A stretch of 64,000 bases of DNA from an uncultured Desulfobacterales bacterium (GCA_964393645.1 CAYMUI010000030.1:19195-83194); one strand, 5' to 3'. Numbered from the stretch's first letter, positions 21,619 through 31,265 are shown. Notes: generated from the letters alone by a model not told the origin. Program-made: numbers and translations.

Positions 21619-22356
21619 TTACTTATCTTTTTTCTTATCTTTTCTAAGTCTTAAGGTAGGTTCTCCGAATAAGCCAAACTTTATCCAGTCAATGGCAAAC
21701 TCAAAAAGTTCTATATCACTTGCCATAAGTCGATTTACTTTGTGTAAATCTATGTCAAATTTGTGCAAGAATGTAGTAGTTACTATAAATTCTCTAAACT
21801 TGTCTAAGTTGTAAAGACACATAAAAAGCATATCCTGAAGCTTAGGGCTTGGGGTAGGCATTCTGGGTTCTATTTCTTTTAAAGAATCTACTATTTTAAA
21901 AAAGTCCCTGTTCATGTAATCGTACTCTGCTACCCCCTGTGCTATTATCCACTGGCTTATAAACCACTCTTTGTCTGATTTTAATCCCAGACAGAGATTT
22001 TCGTCTGCCTTAAGTCTGTAAACCTTTTCCTCAATTGGTTCTAATGGAAACATTCTGCATGCCCAAGGTCTATCTTCATATATTCTGCACCCGTGTCTTG
22101 ACACAAAAGGACATTTTTTATCTTTTTCTTTCATCTTAAGCAGTACTATGGGGAGCAGTTTCTTTTCTTTGTAAAATATTATGGTATACTGATCCAGGAA
22201 CTTCTCCGAAGATATACCGAGAGCATTTTTTATTCTGATTATATCGTAGGGAGTTAGTATGATATTTACATCTTGACAACATTTAGTAAAACAAGGAAGT
22301 TCAGGAGAGCAGTCAAATCTGATCTTATCAGAGAGGGTGAGCACATCTTTTTTCAT
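21619..22356 (-). CDS. YkgJ/UPF0153-type cysteine-cluster protein
   Basis: 245 aa. It has an N-terminal CSPELPCFTKCC cluster plus CPF...GCRIY, as in the YkgJ zinc/iron-chelating family. Confidence 0.55.
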   Translation of the reverse strand: MKKDVLTLSDKIRFDCSPELPCFTKCCQDVNIILTPYDIIRIKNALGISSEKFLDQYTIIFYKEKKLLPIVLLKMKEKDKKCPFVSRHGCRIYEDRPWACRMFPLEPIEEKVYRLKADENLCLGLKSDKEWFISQWIIAQGVAEYDYMNRDFFKIVDSLKEIEPRMPTPSPKLQDMLFMCLYNLDKFREFIVTTTFLHKFDIDLHKVNRLMASDIELFEFAIDWIKFGLFGEPTLRLRKDKKKDK

Positions 22357-22449
22357 TAAAAAAAACCTTGACTCTTAAACCTACTTTTTACTAATTGCCT
22401 ATATCAATAAAATCTTTAAGGGTCAAATAAAAAATTGGAGGGAGATAAG

Positions 22450-22869
22450 ATGCGGCAGCAAACCTTAGCAATTATAAAACCTGACGCGGTTTCTAAAAAC
22501 CTCGTTGGAAAGATAATAGAACGTATAGAAGCAGAGGGGATAAAAATAGTGGCCATGAAAATGATAAAGATGTCAAAAGAGCAGGCAAAGGGTTTCTATC
22601 ATGTACATAAAGAAAAACCTTTTTACGAAAGCCTCACAGACTTTATGTCTTCAGGACCATGTGTGGTTATGGTGCTTGAAGGAGACGATGTTATAAACAG
22701 ATATAGAAGACTTATGGGGACAACAGATCCTGCAAAAGCCGAACCTAATACGATAAGGAAAGAGTTTGGCACTGACATAGAGAAAAATGCTGTGCATGGA
22801 TCTGATTCACCTGAAAGTGCGGAATTTGAATTAAGGTACTTCTTCAGCCAACTGGAGATAGTAAGATAG
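22450..22869 (+). CDS. ndk: Nucleoside diphosphate kinase
   Basis: TLAIIKPDAV and the active-site His in NAVHGSDS. ATG 22450 is preferred over track TTG 22435 because the SD ggaggga sits at 22437-22443. Confidence 0.9.
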   Translation: MRQQTLAIIKPDAVSKNLVGKIIERIEAEGIKIVAMKMIKMSKEQAKGFYHVHKEKPFYESLTDFMSSGPCVVMVLEGDDVINRYRRLMGTTDPAKAEPNTIRKEFGTDIEKNAVHGSDSPESAEFELRYFFSQLEIVR

Positions 22870-22870
22870 G

Positions 22871-22895
22871 AGGGTGCCCAAGGAGCACCCTTTTG
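22871..22895. terminator. Bidirectional intrinsic terminator between convergent ndk and the small membrane protein gene
   Basis: gggtgc (22872-22877), loop ccaagga, gcaccc (22885-22890). T-run on the plus side, A-rich on the other. Confidence 0.5.
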
Positions 22896-22900
22896 ATAAA

Positions 22901-23191
22901 TTATTCTTCTTTTTTCTCTTCTTTTCCTTCCTCTTTTTTGCTTTTTAGTTCTTCTATCTCTTTTTTTAGCCTTTCTACTTCTTGTTTTAGATCTTCCTCT
23001 GTTTCAGTAATGGATTCCATTGCTTGTTTATCTTTGTATTCTTCATATCCCAAATATGTTGCCAGTGCACCACCAAGGATAAGCATTATAGGTACACTGC
23101 CCTTCAGCACTTCTAAGAAATCTCCCCACCACGCAAATAGACCAATTATTCCGAGTAACAAAGCAATTATTCCTCCCCCTAAAACCGCCAT
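22901..23191 (-). CDS. Small two-TM membrane protein with charged coiled-coil tail
   Basis: 96 aa. Two hydrophobic segments (GGGIIALLLGIIGLFAWW and VPIMLILGGALATYLG) are followed by an EEDLKQEVERLKKEIEELKSKKEEGKEEKKEE tail. A strong SD (ggaggagatgtcATG) supports this strand over the plus-strand shadow ORF. Confidence 0.6.
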   Translation of the reverse strand: MAVLGGGIIALLLGIIGLFAWWGDFLEVLKGSVPIMLILGGALATYLGYEEYKDKQAMESITETEEDLKQEVERLKKEIEELKSKKEEGKEEKKEE

Positions 23192-23325
23192 GACATCTCC
23201 TCCTTAGATTTTTTGTCTTCAATAACATAATGGTCTAAATGATTCAAGACAAAAGATGATTTGGCTTTCTTTTTCCTCTTTTTTTGTGTATTTTTTAATA
23301 AAAAATACACTCAGGGGTTAAAGAG

Positions 23326-24654
23326 ATGTTCGGGGTTCTCACAGAAAAATTAAACAGGGTATTTAAGAAAATAAAAGGCAGGGGAGTTTTGACAGAAGAA
23401 AACATAAAAGATGCTTTAAAAGAAGTGCGTTTGGCACTTTTGGAAGCGGATGTAAACTATAAAGTGGTAAAAAAGTTCATAGAGGATGTAAGAAGAAGGG
23501 CGATTGGTCAGGAGGTATTAGAAAGCCTTACTCCAGGGCAGCAGATTATCAAAATAGTTAACGAAGAGCTTACCAAACTTATGGGTTCTACTGCACAGCA
23601 ACTGCAGTTTAGGGGTTCTCCGCCCTATTTTTTAATGCTTGTGGGTCTTCAAGGTTCTGGAAAAACCACTACTGCCGCTAAGTTGGCCAGGTATCTTAAA
23701 AAGAAAGGCAGACACCCATTTCTTGTATCAGCGGATGTGTACAGACCCGCAGCTGTTGAACAATTGATAAAGTTAGCAAAACAGACAGATGTTCCGTACT
23801 ATTCTCCTCAACCTAAGGAATCTCCTGAAGACATATGTATAAACTCCAGAGCCGTTGCTATGCAGAAAGGGGCAGATATAGTAATTGTGGATACTGCTGG
23901 TCGTCTTCATGTGGACGAAGAACTTATGAGCGAACTTGTAAGAATAAAAGAAAAGATAAATCCGAGCGAAGTATTATTAGTAGCAGATGCAATGACAGGC
24001 CAGGATGCAGTAAATATTGCAAAGGAATTTGATGAAAAGCTGGATATCACTGGAGTAATTCTTACCAAAATGGAAGGGGATGCAAGAGGTGGGGCAGCTC
24101 TTTCCATAAAAGCGGTTACCGGAAAGCCTATAAAGTTTATAGGTGTCGGAGAAAAGATAGATGCCTTAGAGGTATTTTATCCCGACAGGATAGCCAGCAA
24201 GATATTAGGAATGGGAGACATCTTAACCCTTATAGAAAAAGCGCAAGAGGAGTTTGACCAAAAAGAGGCTCTTAGGCTTCAGAAAAAGATAAAGAGGAAG
24301 GAGTTCGATTTGGAAGACTTTTTATATCAGTTAAGACAAATAAGAAAGTTGGGTTCCTTAGAGCAGATACTTAGTTTGCTGCCGGGTTTTGATCAGATGA
24401 AGCAATTAAAAAAGTTTCAAGTAGATGAAAAAGAGCTAATAAAAATAGAAGCCATAATAAACTCTATGACGAAGGAGGAGAGAAGGAATTACAAGATCAT
24501 AAATGCCAGCAGAAAGAGAAGAATCGCTAAAGGAAGCGGGACCACGGTTCAGGATGTAAATAGACTGCTAAAGAACTTTGCACAAACAAAAAAACTTATA
24601 GAGCGTCTCTCCAAAAAAGGTTCAATTGGTGGAATAGGCTCAATATTTGGGTAG
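23326..24654 (+). CDS. ffh: Signal recognition particle protein
   Basis: 442 aa. GLQGSGKTTT, DTAGR, TKMEGDARGGAALS and a Met-rich M domain. Confidence 0.95.
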   Translation: MFGVLTEKLNRVFKKIKGRGVLTEENIKDALKEVRLALLEADVNYKVVKKFIEDVRRRAIGQEVLESLTPGQQIIKIVNEELTKLMGSTAQQLQFRGSPPYFLMLVGLQGSGKTTTAAKLARYLKKKGRHPFLVSADVYRPAAVEQLIKLAKQTDVPYYSPQPKESPEDICINSRAVAMQKGADIVIVDTAGRLHVDEELMSELVRIKEKINPSEVLLVADAMTGQDAVNIAKEFDEKLDITGVILTKMEGDARGGAALSIKAVTGKPIKFIGVGEKIDALEVFYPDRIASKILGMGDILTLIEKAQEEFDQKEALRLQKKIKRKEFDLEDFLYQLRQIRKLGSLEQILSLLPGFDQMKQLKKFQVDEKELIKIEAIINSMTKEERRNYKIINASRKRRIAKGSGTTVQDVNRLLKNFAQTKKLIERLSKKGSIGGIGSIFG

Positions 24655-24715
24655 ATATATTTCGAAAAATCTGATATAAAATTTGACAAATAAAAAGTGG
24701 AGGTTAGCAGGGCAA

Positions 24716-24973
24716 ATGGCAGTAAGGATCAGATTGACGCGGATGGGAGCAAAAAAAAGACCTTTCTACAGATTGATCGCTGCTGATTCAGAGTCACCAC
24801 GCGATGGAAAGTTTCTGGACATCTTGGGTTACTATAATCCGATAAAAGATCCACCAGAGATAAAAATAGACAGAGAAAAGGTTAAGTACTGGTTAGATAA
24901 GGGCGCCCTTGTTAGCGAGGCAGCAAGGGCTCTGCTGAAGAAAGAGGGATTTCACAATCCTTCTTCAAATTGA
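24716..24973 (+). CDS. rpsP: 30S ribosomal protein S16
   Basis: [25 protein letters not shown] is the canonical S16 N-terminus. The track TTG at 24683 adds 11 non-conserved residues. Confidence 0.9.
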   Translation: MAVRIRLTRMGAKKRPFYRLIAADSESPRDGKFLDILGYYNPIKDPPEIKIDREKVKYWLDKGALVSEAARALLKKEGFHNPSSN

Positions 24974-25008
24974 TGTGGAGGTGAAAAGAAATGGCAGGAG
25001 GTAAAGGT

Positions 25009-25239
25009 ATGAAAGAGCTGGTTGAATACATCGCAAAGGCTTTAGTGGACAGACCAGATCAAGTTCAAGTAACAGAAATAGAAGGGGAGCAGACATCTGT
25101 TATCGAGCTGAAGGTGGCAAAAGAGGATTTGGGAAAAGTAATAGGGAAACAGGGAAGAACAGCCCGGGCTATAAGAACATTGTTAAGTGCTGCCTCCACT
25201 AAAATTGGCAAAAGAGCAGTATTAGAAATAATCGAATAA
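25009..25239 (+). CDS. KH-domain RNA-binding protein (YlqC/UPF0109-like)
   Basis: GxxG motif in [16 protein letters not shown]. It holds the conserved position between rpsP and rimM. The start is taken at MKELVEY. Confidence 0.8.
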   Translation: MKELVEYIAKALVDRPDQVQVTEIEGEQTSVIELKVAKEDLGKVIGKQGRTARAIRTLLSAASTKIGKRAVLEIIE

Positions 25240-25243
25240 AATC

Positions 25244-25813
25244 TTGAGCCGGGCAGCCAAATCAATCCCGGAAAATCTGCTCCTTATTGGGAAGGTGGTA
25301 AAACCTCATGGTATAAGAGGTTGGTTAAAAATAAAGGCCTATGCCGAATCTTCTGCCACCTTTTCAAAAGCAGGAACTATATTTGTGCATACAGCAGATG
25401 GTAAGTTAGAAGAGTGGGAGCTTGTTTCTATAAAGCCTCATAAGGGGCATTTTTTAGTAGAGTTAAAAGGAGTTGATAACAGAAACAAAGCAGAGGAATT
25501 CAGGAACGCAGACATATACATTCAGAAAGATATTCTACACAAAGAAGAAGGAGAATTTTTCTGGTACGAACTGATAGGATTAAAGGTCTATCTCGTATCT
25601 GGTAGATATTTGGGTGAGATAGTACAGATTCTTCCGACAGGCAGTAATGATGTTTACATAATAAGACACAAAGAGAAGGAATACCTTATACCTGCCATTG
25701 AGGATGTAGTTAAAGAGATAGATGTAGAAGGTGGAAAAATGCTTATAGAACCCTTGGAGGGACTGTTAGAACTGGCGGAAACCAAGAAAAAGAAGAAAAA
25801 AAAGAGGAAATGA
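25244..25813 (+). CDS. rimM: 16S rRNA processing protein RimM
   Basis: GKVVKPHGIRGWLKI start and a PRC-barrel C-half. TTG start. It has an unusual KKKKKKKRK tail. Confidence 0.85.
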   Translation: MSRAAKSIPENLLLIGKVVKPHGIRGWLKIKAYAESSATFSKAGTIFVHTADGKLEEWELVSIKPHKGHFLVELKGVDNRNKAEEFRNADIYIQKDILHKEEGEFFWYELIGLKVYLVSGRYLGEIVQILPTGSNDVYIIRHKEKEYLIPAIEDVVKEIDVEGGKMLIEPLEGLLELAETKKKKKKKRK

Positions 25814-26538
25814 GATTTGATGTTCTCACTATATTTCCCGAAGTTTTTCATCCATACTTGAAATGCGGGGTTCTGGGAAAAGCTGTAGAAAGAGGTCTGA
25901 TTCAGATAAGAATAGTAAACATCAGGGATTTTGCTTCTGGAAAGCATAAAAATACAGACGACAGGCCTTATGGTGGTGGAGAAGGGATGGTTATGAAACC
26001 TGAGCCTATTTATAATGCACTTGAATCCATAGATAGAGAAGAAAACAGTCTGGTAGTTCTTTTGTCTCCTCAGGGAGAAAGATTCGATCAGGAGATGGCG
26101 TGGGAACTTTCTAAATATGATCAGCTTATACTTATATGCGGTAGATATGAGGGAGTGGATGAGAGAGTGAGAATATTGTGTGCTGAAAAAGAGATTTCCA
26201 TAGGTGATTATATATTGACTGGCGGTGAACTTGCAGCGCTGGTGGTGATAGATGCTGTAAGCAGGCTTATTCCAGGAGTTTTAGGCGGCCAGTTTTCTAA
26301 TGTGGAAGAGTCGTTTAGTAACGGTCTTTTAGAATATCCCCAATATACCAGACCCAGAGTGTTTAAGGGATTGGAGGTTCCTGAGGTTTTACTTTCAGGA
26401 AATCATGAACAGATAAAGAAGTGGAGAAGAAGAGAAGCTATAAAGAGGACATTAGAGAGAAGGCCTGATCTACTAAAAAAAGCTCGATTGAGTGAGGAGG
26501 ATCTTTCTTTCATAGAAGAGTTGAAAAGGAGGAAATGA
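25810..26538 (+). CDS. trmD: tRNA (guanine37-N1)-methyltransferase
   Basis: MRFDVLTIFPEVF, DDRPYGGGEGMVM and GRYEGVDERV. ATGA overlap with rimM. Confidence 0.95.
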   Translation: MRFDVLTIFPEVFHPYLKCGVLGKAVERGLIQIRIVNIRDFASGKHKNTDDRPYGGGEGMVMKPEPIYNALESIDREENSLVVLLSPQGERFDQEMAWELSKYDQLILICGRYEGVDERVRILCAEKEISIGDYILTGGELAALVVIDAVSRLIPGVLGGQFSNVEESFSNGLLEYPQYTRPRVFKGLEVPEVLLSGNHEQIKKWRRREAIKRTLERRPDLLKKARLSEEDLSFIEELKRRK

Positions 26539-27101
26539 GAGTTTATATCGGTCTTGTGCATTATCCTGTTTATAACAAGAACAGAGAGATGATAGTTTCT
26601 TCTGTAACAACACTGGATATTCATGATATGGCAAGGGTTGCGAAGACTTATGACATAAAGGCCTTTTATGTAGTAACGCCTGTAGAGGAGCAAAAGAAAC
26701 TCGTTAGAGATATTATTGAACACTGGACAAAGGGATATGGAGCTCGTTACAATCCCGACAGGAAAGAGGCTGTTAATGTGGTAAGGATTGTCTCATTTCT
26801 TTCAGATGCCATCCATGAGATAAAAGAGCAGGAAAAAGTTAAACCTTGTGTTATTGCAACAGATGCTTACAGAAGAGAAGAAAAGTTTATTTCATATAAT
26901 GACGCAAAAGCTATTATTGAAAAAGGGATTCCGGTTTTTTTAATATTCGGTACTGCATGGGGACTCCACAGAGATGTATTAGAAATGGCAGACTATGTAT
27001 TAGAGCCCATATACGGGAGGTCGGGTTACAGACATCTTTCCGTAAGGACAGCAAGTGCTATTATAATAGACAGACTAATGGGGAGGGAGAATTATGGATA
27101 A
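26535..27101 (+). CDS. Conserved protein, predicted SPOUT-like RNA methyltransferase
   Basis: 188 aa. [12 protein letters not shown]...[11 protein letters not shown] recalls a family commonly encoded between trmD and rplS. This assignment is from memory only. Confidence 0.4.
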   Translation: MRVYIGLVHYPVYNKNREMIVSSVTTLDIHDMARVAKTYDIKAFYVVTPVEEQKKLVRDIIEHWTKGYGARYNPDRKEAVNVVRIVSFLSDAIHEIKEQEKVKPCVIATDAYRREEKFISYNDAKAIIEKGIPVFLIFGTAWGLHRDVLEMADYVLEPIYGRSGYRHLSVRTASAIIIDRLMGRENYG

Positions 27102-27444
27102 GATTATAGATATGCTCGAGAAGGAGCAAATGAGAACAGATATACCTGACTTTGGACCAGGGGATACGGTAAAGGTTTATGTAAAGATAAAAGAAGGTGA
27201 TAAAGAGAGGATTCAGGTTTTTGAAGGAGTAGTTATAAGAAAGCGAAAAGGGAATATGGGAGCAACATTTACGGTGAGAAAGGTGTCGTATGGGATAGGT
27301 GTGGAAAGAATATTTCCTTTGCATTCACCTGCGATAGAAAAGATCGAAGTAGTGAAAAAAGGAAAAGTAAGACGCTCAAGACTTTATTACTTGAGAGAAT
27401 TGAAAGGAAAGGCAGCTCGTATAAAAGAAAAAGGTCGTTATTAG
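27094..27444 (+). CDS. rplS: 50S ribosomal protein L19
   Basis: 116 aa. [29 protein letters not shown] and RRSRLYYLR. Confidence 0.95.
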   Translation: MDKIIDMLEKEQMRTDIPDFGPGDTVKVYVKIKEGDKERIQVFEGVVIRKRKGNMGATFTVRKVSYGIGVERIFPLHSPAIEKIEVVKKGKVRRSRLYYLRELKGKAARIKEKGRY

Positions 27445-27447
27445 TAG

Positions 27448-28014
27448 ATGATAGTTGCAGGTGTTGACGAGGCAGGAAGAGGTTCGTTAGTGGGCCCGGT
27501 GGTGGCAGCGGCTGTAATAATGGAAGAACAGTTTTTGTTATCTTATAAGGAAATAAAGGATTCCAAATGCCTCAGCCCACTTCAGCGAGAAAGAGCATTT
27601 AGGTATATATGTGATAAAGCTGTTAGTGTATCTGTAGGGGTGGTTTCTCACAAGTTTATAGATAGGTTCAATATATTGAATGCTTCGTTAGAGGCGATGA
27701 AAAAAGCGGTTTTCGGTCTTCATGTAAAACCAGATCTTCTATTGGTAGATGGAACCCATAAGGTACCTATTTCTGTGCCTCAAAGGTGTATAAAAAAGGG
27801 AGACAAAGTGAACAAGTTGATTTCTGCTGCTTCTATAGTGGCTAAGGTTTACAGAGACAGAATCATGTTAGCATACCATAACAGTTACCCTGTTTATAAT
27901 CTTGCTAAAAACAAAGGTTATCCCACAAAAGAACACTTGGATGTTCTCAAAAGATTCGGCCCATCTCCCATACACAGGCTTTCCTATAAGAGTGTAAAGA
28001 TTTATGCGGGTTAA
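27448..28014 (+). CDS. rnhB: Ribonuclease HII
   Basis: GVDEAGRGSLVGPVVAAAV, DSKCLS and SAASIVAKVYRD. Confidence 0.9.
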   Translation: MIVAGVDEAGRGSLVGPVVAAAVIMEEQFLLSYKEIKDSKCLSPLQRERAFRYICDKAVSVSVGVVSHKFIDRFNILNASLEAMKKAVFGLHVKPDLLLVDGTHKVPISVPQRCIKKGDKVNKLISAASIVAKVYRDRIMLAYHNSYPVYNLAKNKGYPTKEHLDVLKRFGPSPIHRLSYKSVKIYAG

Positions 28015-28369
28015 CCATTTTTATATTGCCAAAAAAGGGGAAGACTTTGCCTATAAGATGATAAAAAGCATGGGCTATAAAGTGCTGGAGAGAAATTACA
28101 GGTGTGGTATGGGAGAAGTAGATCTAATCGCATTAGATGGGGATGTGTTAGTGTTTATAGAAGTGAAGACCAGAAAATATTCTGTAGAATATGCAAAAGA
28201 AGCAATAGATAAGAGAAAGAAAAGAAAACTCATTCTGCTTGCTTCCTATTACATAAAAAAGAAAAGGCTTTATCATCTAAGGGTGAGATTTGATGTTATT
28301 GCGGTTCAAATAAACGGAAAGCACTTTAAGTTTGAGCTTATAAAGAATGCCTTCTCATACGATGAATAA
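28004..28369 (+). CDS. YraN-family (UPF0102) endonuclease-like protein
   Basis: 121 aa. GEVDLIALDGDVLVFIEVKTR and RFDVIAV are typical of the family. It follows rnhB as in many genomes. Confidence 0.8.
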   Translation: MRVNHFYIAKKGEDFAYKMIKSMGYKVLERNYRCGMGEVDLIALDGDVLVFIEVKTRKYSVEYAKEAIDKRKKRKLILLASYYIKKKRLYHLRVRFDVIAVQINGKHFKFELIKNAFSYDE

Positions 28370-29219
28370 CAAAGAGGGAACTCTCTATGTAGTTGCAACC
28401 CCCATTGGCAACTTGGAGGACATTACGCTTCGTGCCTTGAGGGTACTTAAGGAAGTGGACTTGATAGCTTCTGAAAATATTTCCAGAACAAAGGGACTTT
28501 TAAGTCATTATGGAATCAAAAAACCTGTGATCAGCCACAGAAGGGAAAATCAGCAAAAGTCAACAAAAAAGATAATAGACATGATCAAGCAGGGGAAAAA
28601 TGTGGCTTTAGTAAGTGATGCGGGAACTCCTGGCATATCTGATCCCGGGGCATACTTAGTAAACATGGCAAGGAGTGAGGGGATTAAAATTACTCCTATT
28701 CCCGGCGTATCAGCTATAAGCACAGCCATTTCTATTTCCGGTCTTCCTTATTCTGAATTTGTTTTCTTAGGTTTTTTGCCTTCTCAGCAAAAGAAGAGAA
28801 GAAAAAAACTTCTTTGCTTGCGTTCACTTTCTTATCCGATAATGCTTTTTGAATCACCTCATAGGTTGATATCCACATTGACAGATATTAAAGAGATTCT
28901 TGGGAACAGGAAAGTCCTTTTATTCAAAGAACTTACAAAGCTTCATGAAGAGGTAAAAGAAGCGGAATTAGAAGAACTCATAAATGAACTTAGAGCTATG
29001 GATATAAAAGGTGAGTATGTTATTATAATACTTCCACAAAATGGAACAGAGGATGAGGAGGATTGGGAAGAGGAACTTTTTTCAGAGATGGACATGATGC
29101 TTCAAAAAGGTCTTAGCACAAAAGATATTGCTAAGTATATATCAGAAGAAAAAGGGCTTTCTTATAGAAAGGTTTACAAAAAATGTTTGGAGAGGAAGAA
29201 GATCCTCTATGGAGGTTAA
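28347..29219 (+). CDS. rsmI: 16S rRNA (cytidine1402-2'-O)-methyltransferase
   Basis: GTLYVVATPIGNLEDITLRALRVLKEVDLIA and SDAGTPGISDPG. An alternative start is ATG 28362. Confidence 0.9.
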   Translation: MPSHTMNNKEGTLYVVATPIGNLEDITLRALRVLKEVDLIASENISRTKGLLSHYGIKKPVISHRRENQQKSTKKIIDMIKQGKNVALVSDAGTPGISDPGAYLVNMARSEGIKITPIPGVSAISTAISISGLPYSEFVFLGFLPSQQKKRRKKLLCLRSLSYPIMLFESPHRLISTLTDIKEILGNRKVLLFKELTKLHEEVKEAELEELINELRAMDIKGEYVIIILPQNGTEDEEDWEEELFSEMDMMLQKGLSTKDIAKYISEEKGLSYRKVYKKCLERKKILYGG

Positions 29220-29481
29220 GAAGAAGTTAAAGGTAAAGAATGAGCTGGGTTTACATGCAAGAAGTGCTGCTATGATTGTGGAATTGGCTAAAAAACACAA
29301 TGCAAAATTGTATTTTAAAAAAGGGGAACAGATAATAGAAGGGGATAGCATTTTGTCCTTACTTACTCTTGCGTGTCCAAAAGGTACAGAGCTGGAAGTA
29401 AAGGCAGTGGGAGAAGATGCTCAGATGCTTATAGACGAGCTTACAGCTTTATTTGAAAGAGGTTTTGGAGAGCTTTCATGA
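29209..29481 (+). CDS. ptsH: Phosphocarrier protein HPr (or NPr-like)
   Basis: 90 aa counted from MEVKKKLKV. The active-site His is in NELGLHARSAA. The track ORF begins 81 nt earlier inside rsmI and is unlikely to be the real start. Confidence 0.8.
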   Translation: MEVKKKLKVKNELGLHARSAAMIVELAKKHNAKLYFKKGEQIIEGDSILSLLTLACPKGTELEVKAVGEDAQMLIDELTALFERGFGELS

Positions 29482-31259
29482 GTGTGGGCAAGAGAATAGA
29501 GTTGAAAGGTATACCCGTGTCTCCAGGGATAATCATAGGAAGGGCTCATCTTATAGACAGATCTAAGATAAAAGTACCTTTAAGAAAAATAGATAAAAAA
29601 GATGTTCCATATGAGATCGAAAGATTTAAAAAGGCGGTAGAAACCGCAAAAAAACAGCTTTCTGAATTAAAAGACAGATTACCAGACAGATTGAAAGAAC
29701 ATGCTTTTATTTTAGACAGTCACATGATGATTCTCAACGACAGTATGCTTTATGAAGCCACTATAAACAGAATAAAAGACAAAGAAATAAATGCGGAATG
29801 GGCACTTAAAGAGTCGTTTGAGGAAATAAAGAATCTTTTTTCTCAAATAGAGGATGCATATATAAGTGAAAGGATAAATGATGTGGAAAATGTCGTGCAG
29901 AGGATATTGAGAAATTTAACGGGACACACCCAAAGCGAGATATCTGATCTTGGTGAAAAATCGATTATTGTTGCTCAAGATCTGTCTCCCGCAGATACCG
30001 CGGGTTTAGATACAAAAAAGGTTATAGGATTTATAACAGACGGAGGGGGAAGCACCTCACACACTGCTATACTGGCACGGGCTTTGGAACTGCCCGCTGT
30101 AATGGGACTCTGTTATGCCACGAGTCAGATAGAAGATGGAAACATCCTTATTGTAGACGGAGACACAGGAAAGGTCATAATAAACCCTGACAATGACGAC
30201 ATCGTATATTACATGGAAAAAAAGGCTCAGAGAGAAAAGCTCAGATCTTCCGTATTAAAAGAGGCAAATAAACCGGCTATAACTTTGGATGGTCACAGAA
30301 TCAGGGTTATGGCAAATACAGAATTCTTGGAAGAAGTGTACGGTCTTAGGGAGTTGGGAGCAGAGGGGATAGGGCTTTACAGAACAGAGTTTCAATACTT
30401 AAGTCATAGCGGAATTCCTACAGAAGAAGAGCTATTTGAGGATTATAAAAAAGCAGCTCAAGTAATGGCTCCGGATCCAGTGATAATCAGGACCTTGGAC
30501 ATAGGCGGTGATAAGTTTAAAGGAGAATTTGCTAAGTCAAACGAAACAAATCCTGCTTTAGGACTAAGGGCAATCAGGTTTTGCCTGAAGAATACCCATA
30601 TATTTAGATCTCAACTAAAAGCTATACTAATGGCAAGCTCTTACGGAAATGTGGAAATCATGCTCCCCATGATATCCAGCGTTGATGAAGTGTTAGAAGT
30701 AAAGGAGATTATAAGAGACATAAAAGAAGAGCTCGATAAAAAAGGGATACCTTATAACCCTGACACCAAGATAGGAATAATTTTAGAAGTCCCTTCTTCT
30801 GTAATGATAGCAGACCTTTTGGCAAATTATGTAGATTTTTTCAGTATCGGCACCAATGATCTCATACAGTACACGCTGGCAATAGATAGAACCAACAAAG
30901 AAGTAGCATACCTGTACGATCCTTTTCATCCTTCTATAATCAGAATGATAAGGGATGTAATAAGAATAGGAGAGGAAAACAGAGTACCTGTTTCCATTTG
31001 TGGAGAGATGGCAGGAGACCCACTATGTGTGCCTTTACTCATTGCACTTGGGATGAGGCAACTCAGTATGAACCCTAAGATCATTCCTTTTATAAAAAAG
31101 CTGATCAGGTCTATCTCTGTGGAGGATTTAAAAAAAGACACAGAAGAGATCTTTAAACTGAACACTTCCGAAGAAATCCGTTCTCATATGCTAACATGCA
31201 TGAAAAGACTATTTCCCGAGATAGATGCAATAGGGGATTACTTCTACATGCAAGGATAG
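29478..31259 (+). CDS. ptsI: Phosphoenolpyruvate-protein phosphotransferase (Enzyme I)
   Basis: 593 aa. Phospho-His region GGSTSHTAILARALELPAV and PEP-utilising TIM barrel GIGLYRTEF and FFSIGTNDLIQY. Confidence 0.9.
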   Translation: MSVGKRIELKGIPVSPGIIIGRAHLIDRSKIKVPLRKIDKKDVPYEIERFKKAVETAKKQLSELKDRLPDRLKEHAFILDSHMMILNDSMLYEATINRIKDKEINAEWALKESFEEIKNLFSQIEDAYISERINDVENVVQRILRNLTGHTQSEISDLGEKSIIVAQDLSPADTAGLDTKKVIGFITDGGGSTSHTAILARALELPAVMGLCYATSQIEDGNILIVDGDTGKVIINPDNDDIVYYMEKKAQREKLRSSVLKEANKPAITLDGHRIRVMANTEFLEEVYGLRELGAEGIGLYRTEFQYLSHSGIPTEEELFEDYKKAAQVMAPDPVIIRTLDIGGDKFKGEFAKSNETNPALGLRAIRFCLKNTHIFRSQLKAILMASSYGNVEIMLPMISSVDEVLEVKEIIRDIKEELDKKGIPYNPDTKIGIILEVPSSVMIADLLANYVDFFSIGTNDLIQYTLAIDRTNKEVAYLYDPFHPSIIRMIRDVIRIGEENRVPVSICGEMAGDPLCVPLLIALGMRQLSMNPKIIPFIKKLIRSISVEDLKKDTEEIFKLNTSEEIRSHMLTCMKRLFPEIDAIGDYFYMQG

Positions 31260-31265
31260 AGTCAA

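Noticed and set aside
21563-21814. 83-aa plus-strand ORF spanning the argC end and the ykgJ 3' region.
   Set aside because: It overlaps two well-supported genes and has low-complexity S/L-rich sequence.
22893-23207. Plus-strand 104-aa ORF overlapping the small membrane protein gene.
   Set aside because: It has Ser/Phe/Pro-rich nonsense composition and no SD. The minus-strand ORF has a strong SD and a sensible TM plus coiled-coil architecture.
29128-29208. Upstream extension of the HPr ORF into rsmI.
   Set aside because: HPr homology starts at MEVKKKLKV (29209). The extension lies entirely within the rsmI coding sequence in another frame.
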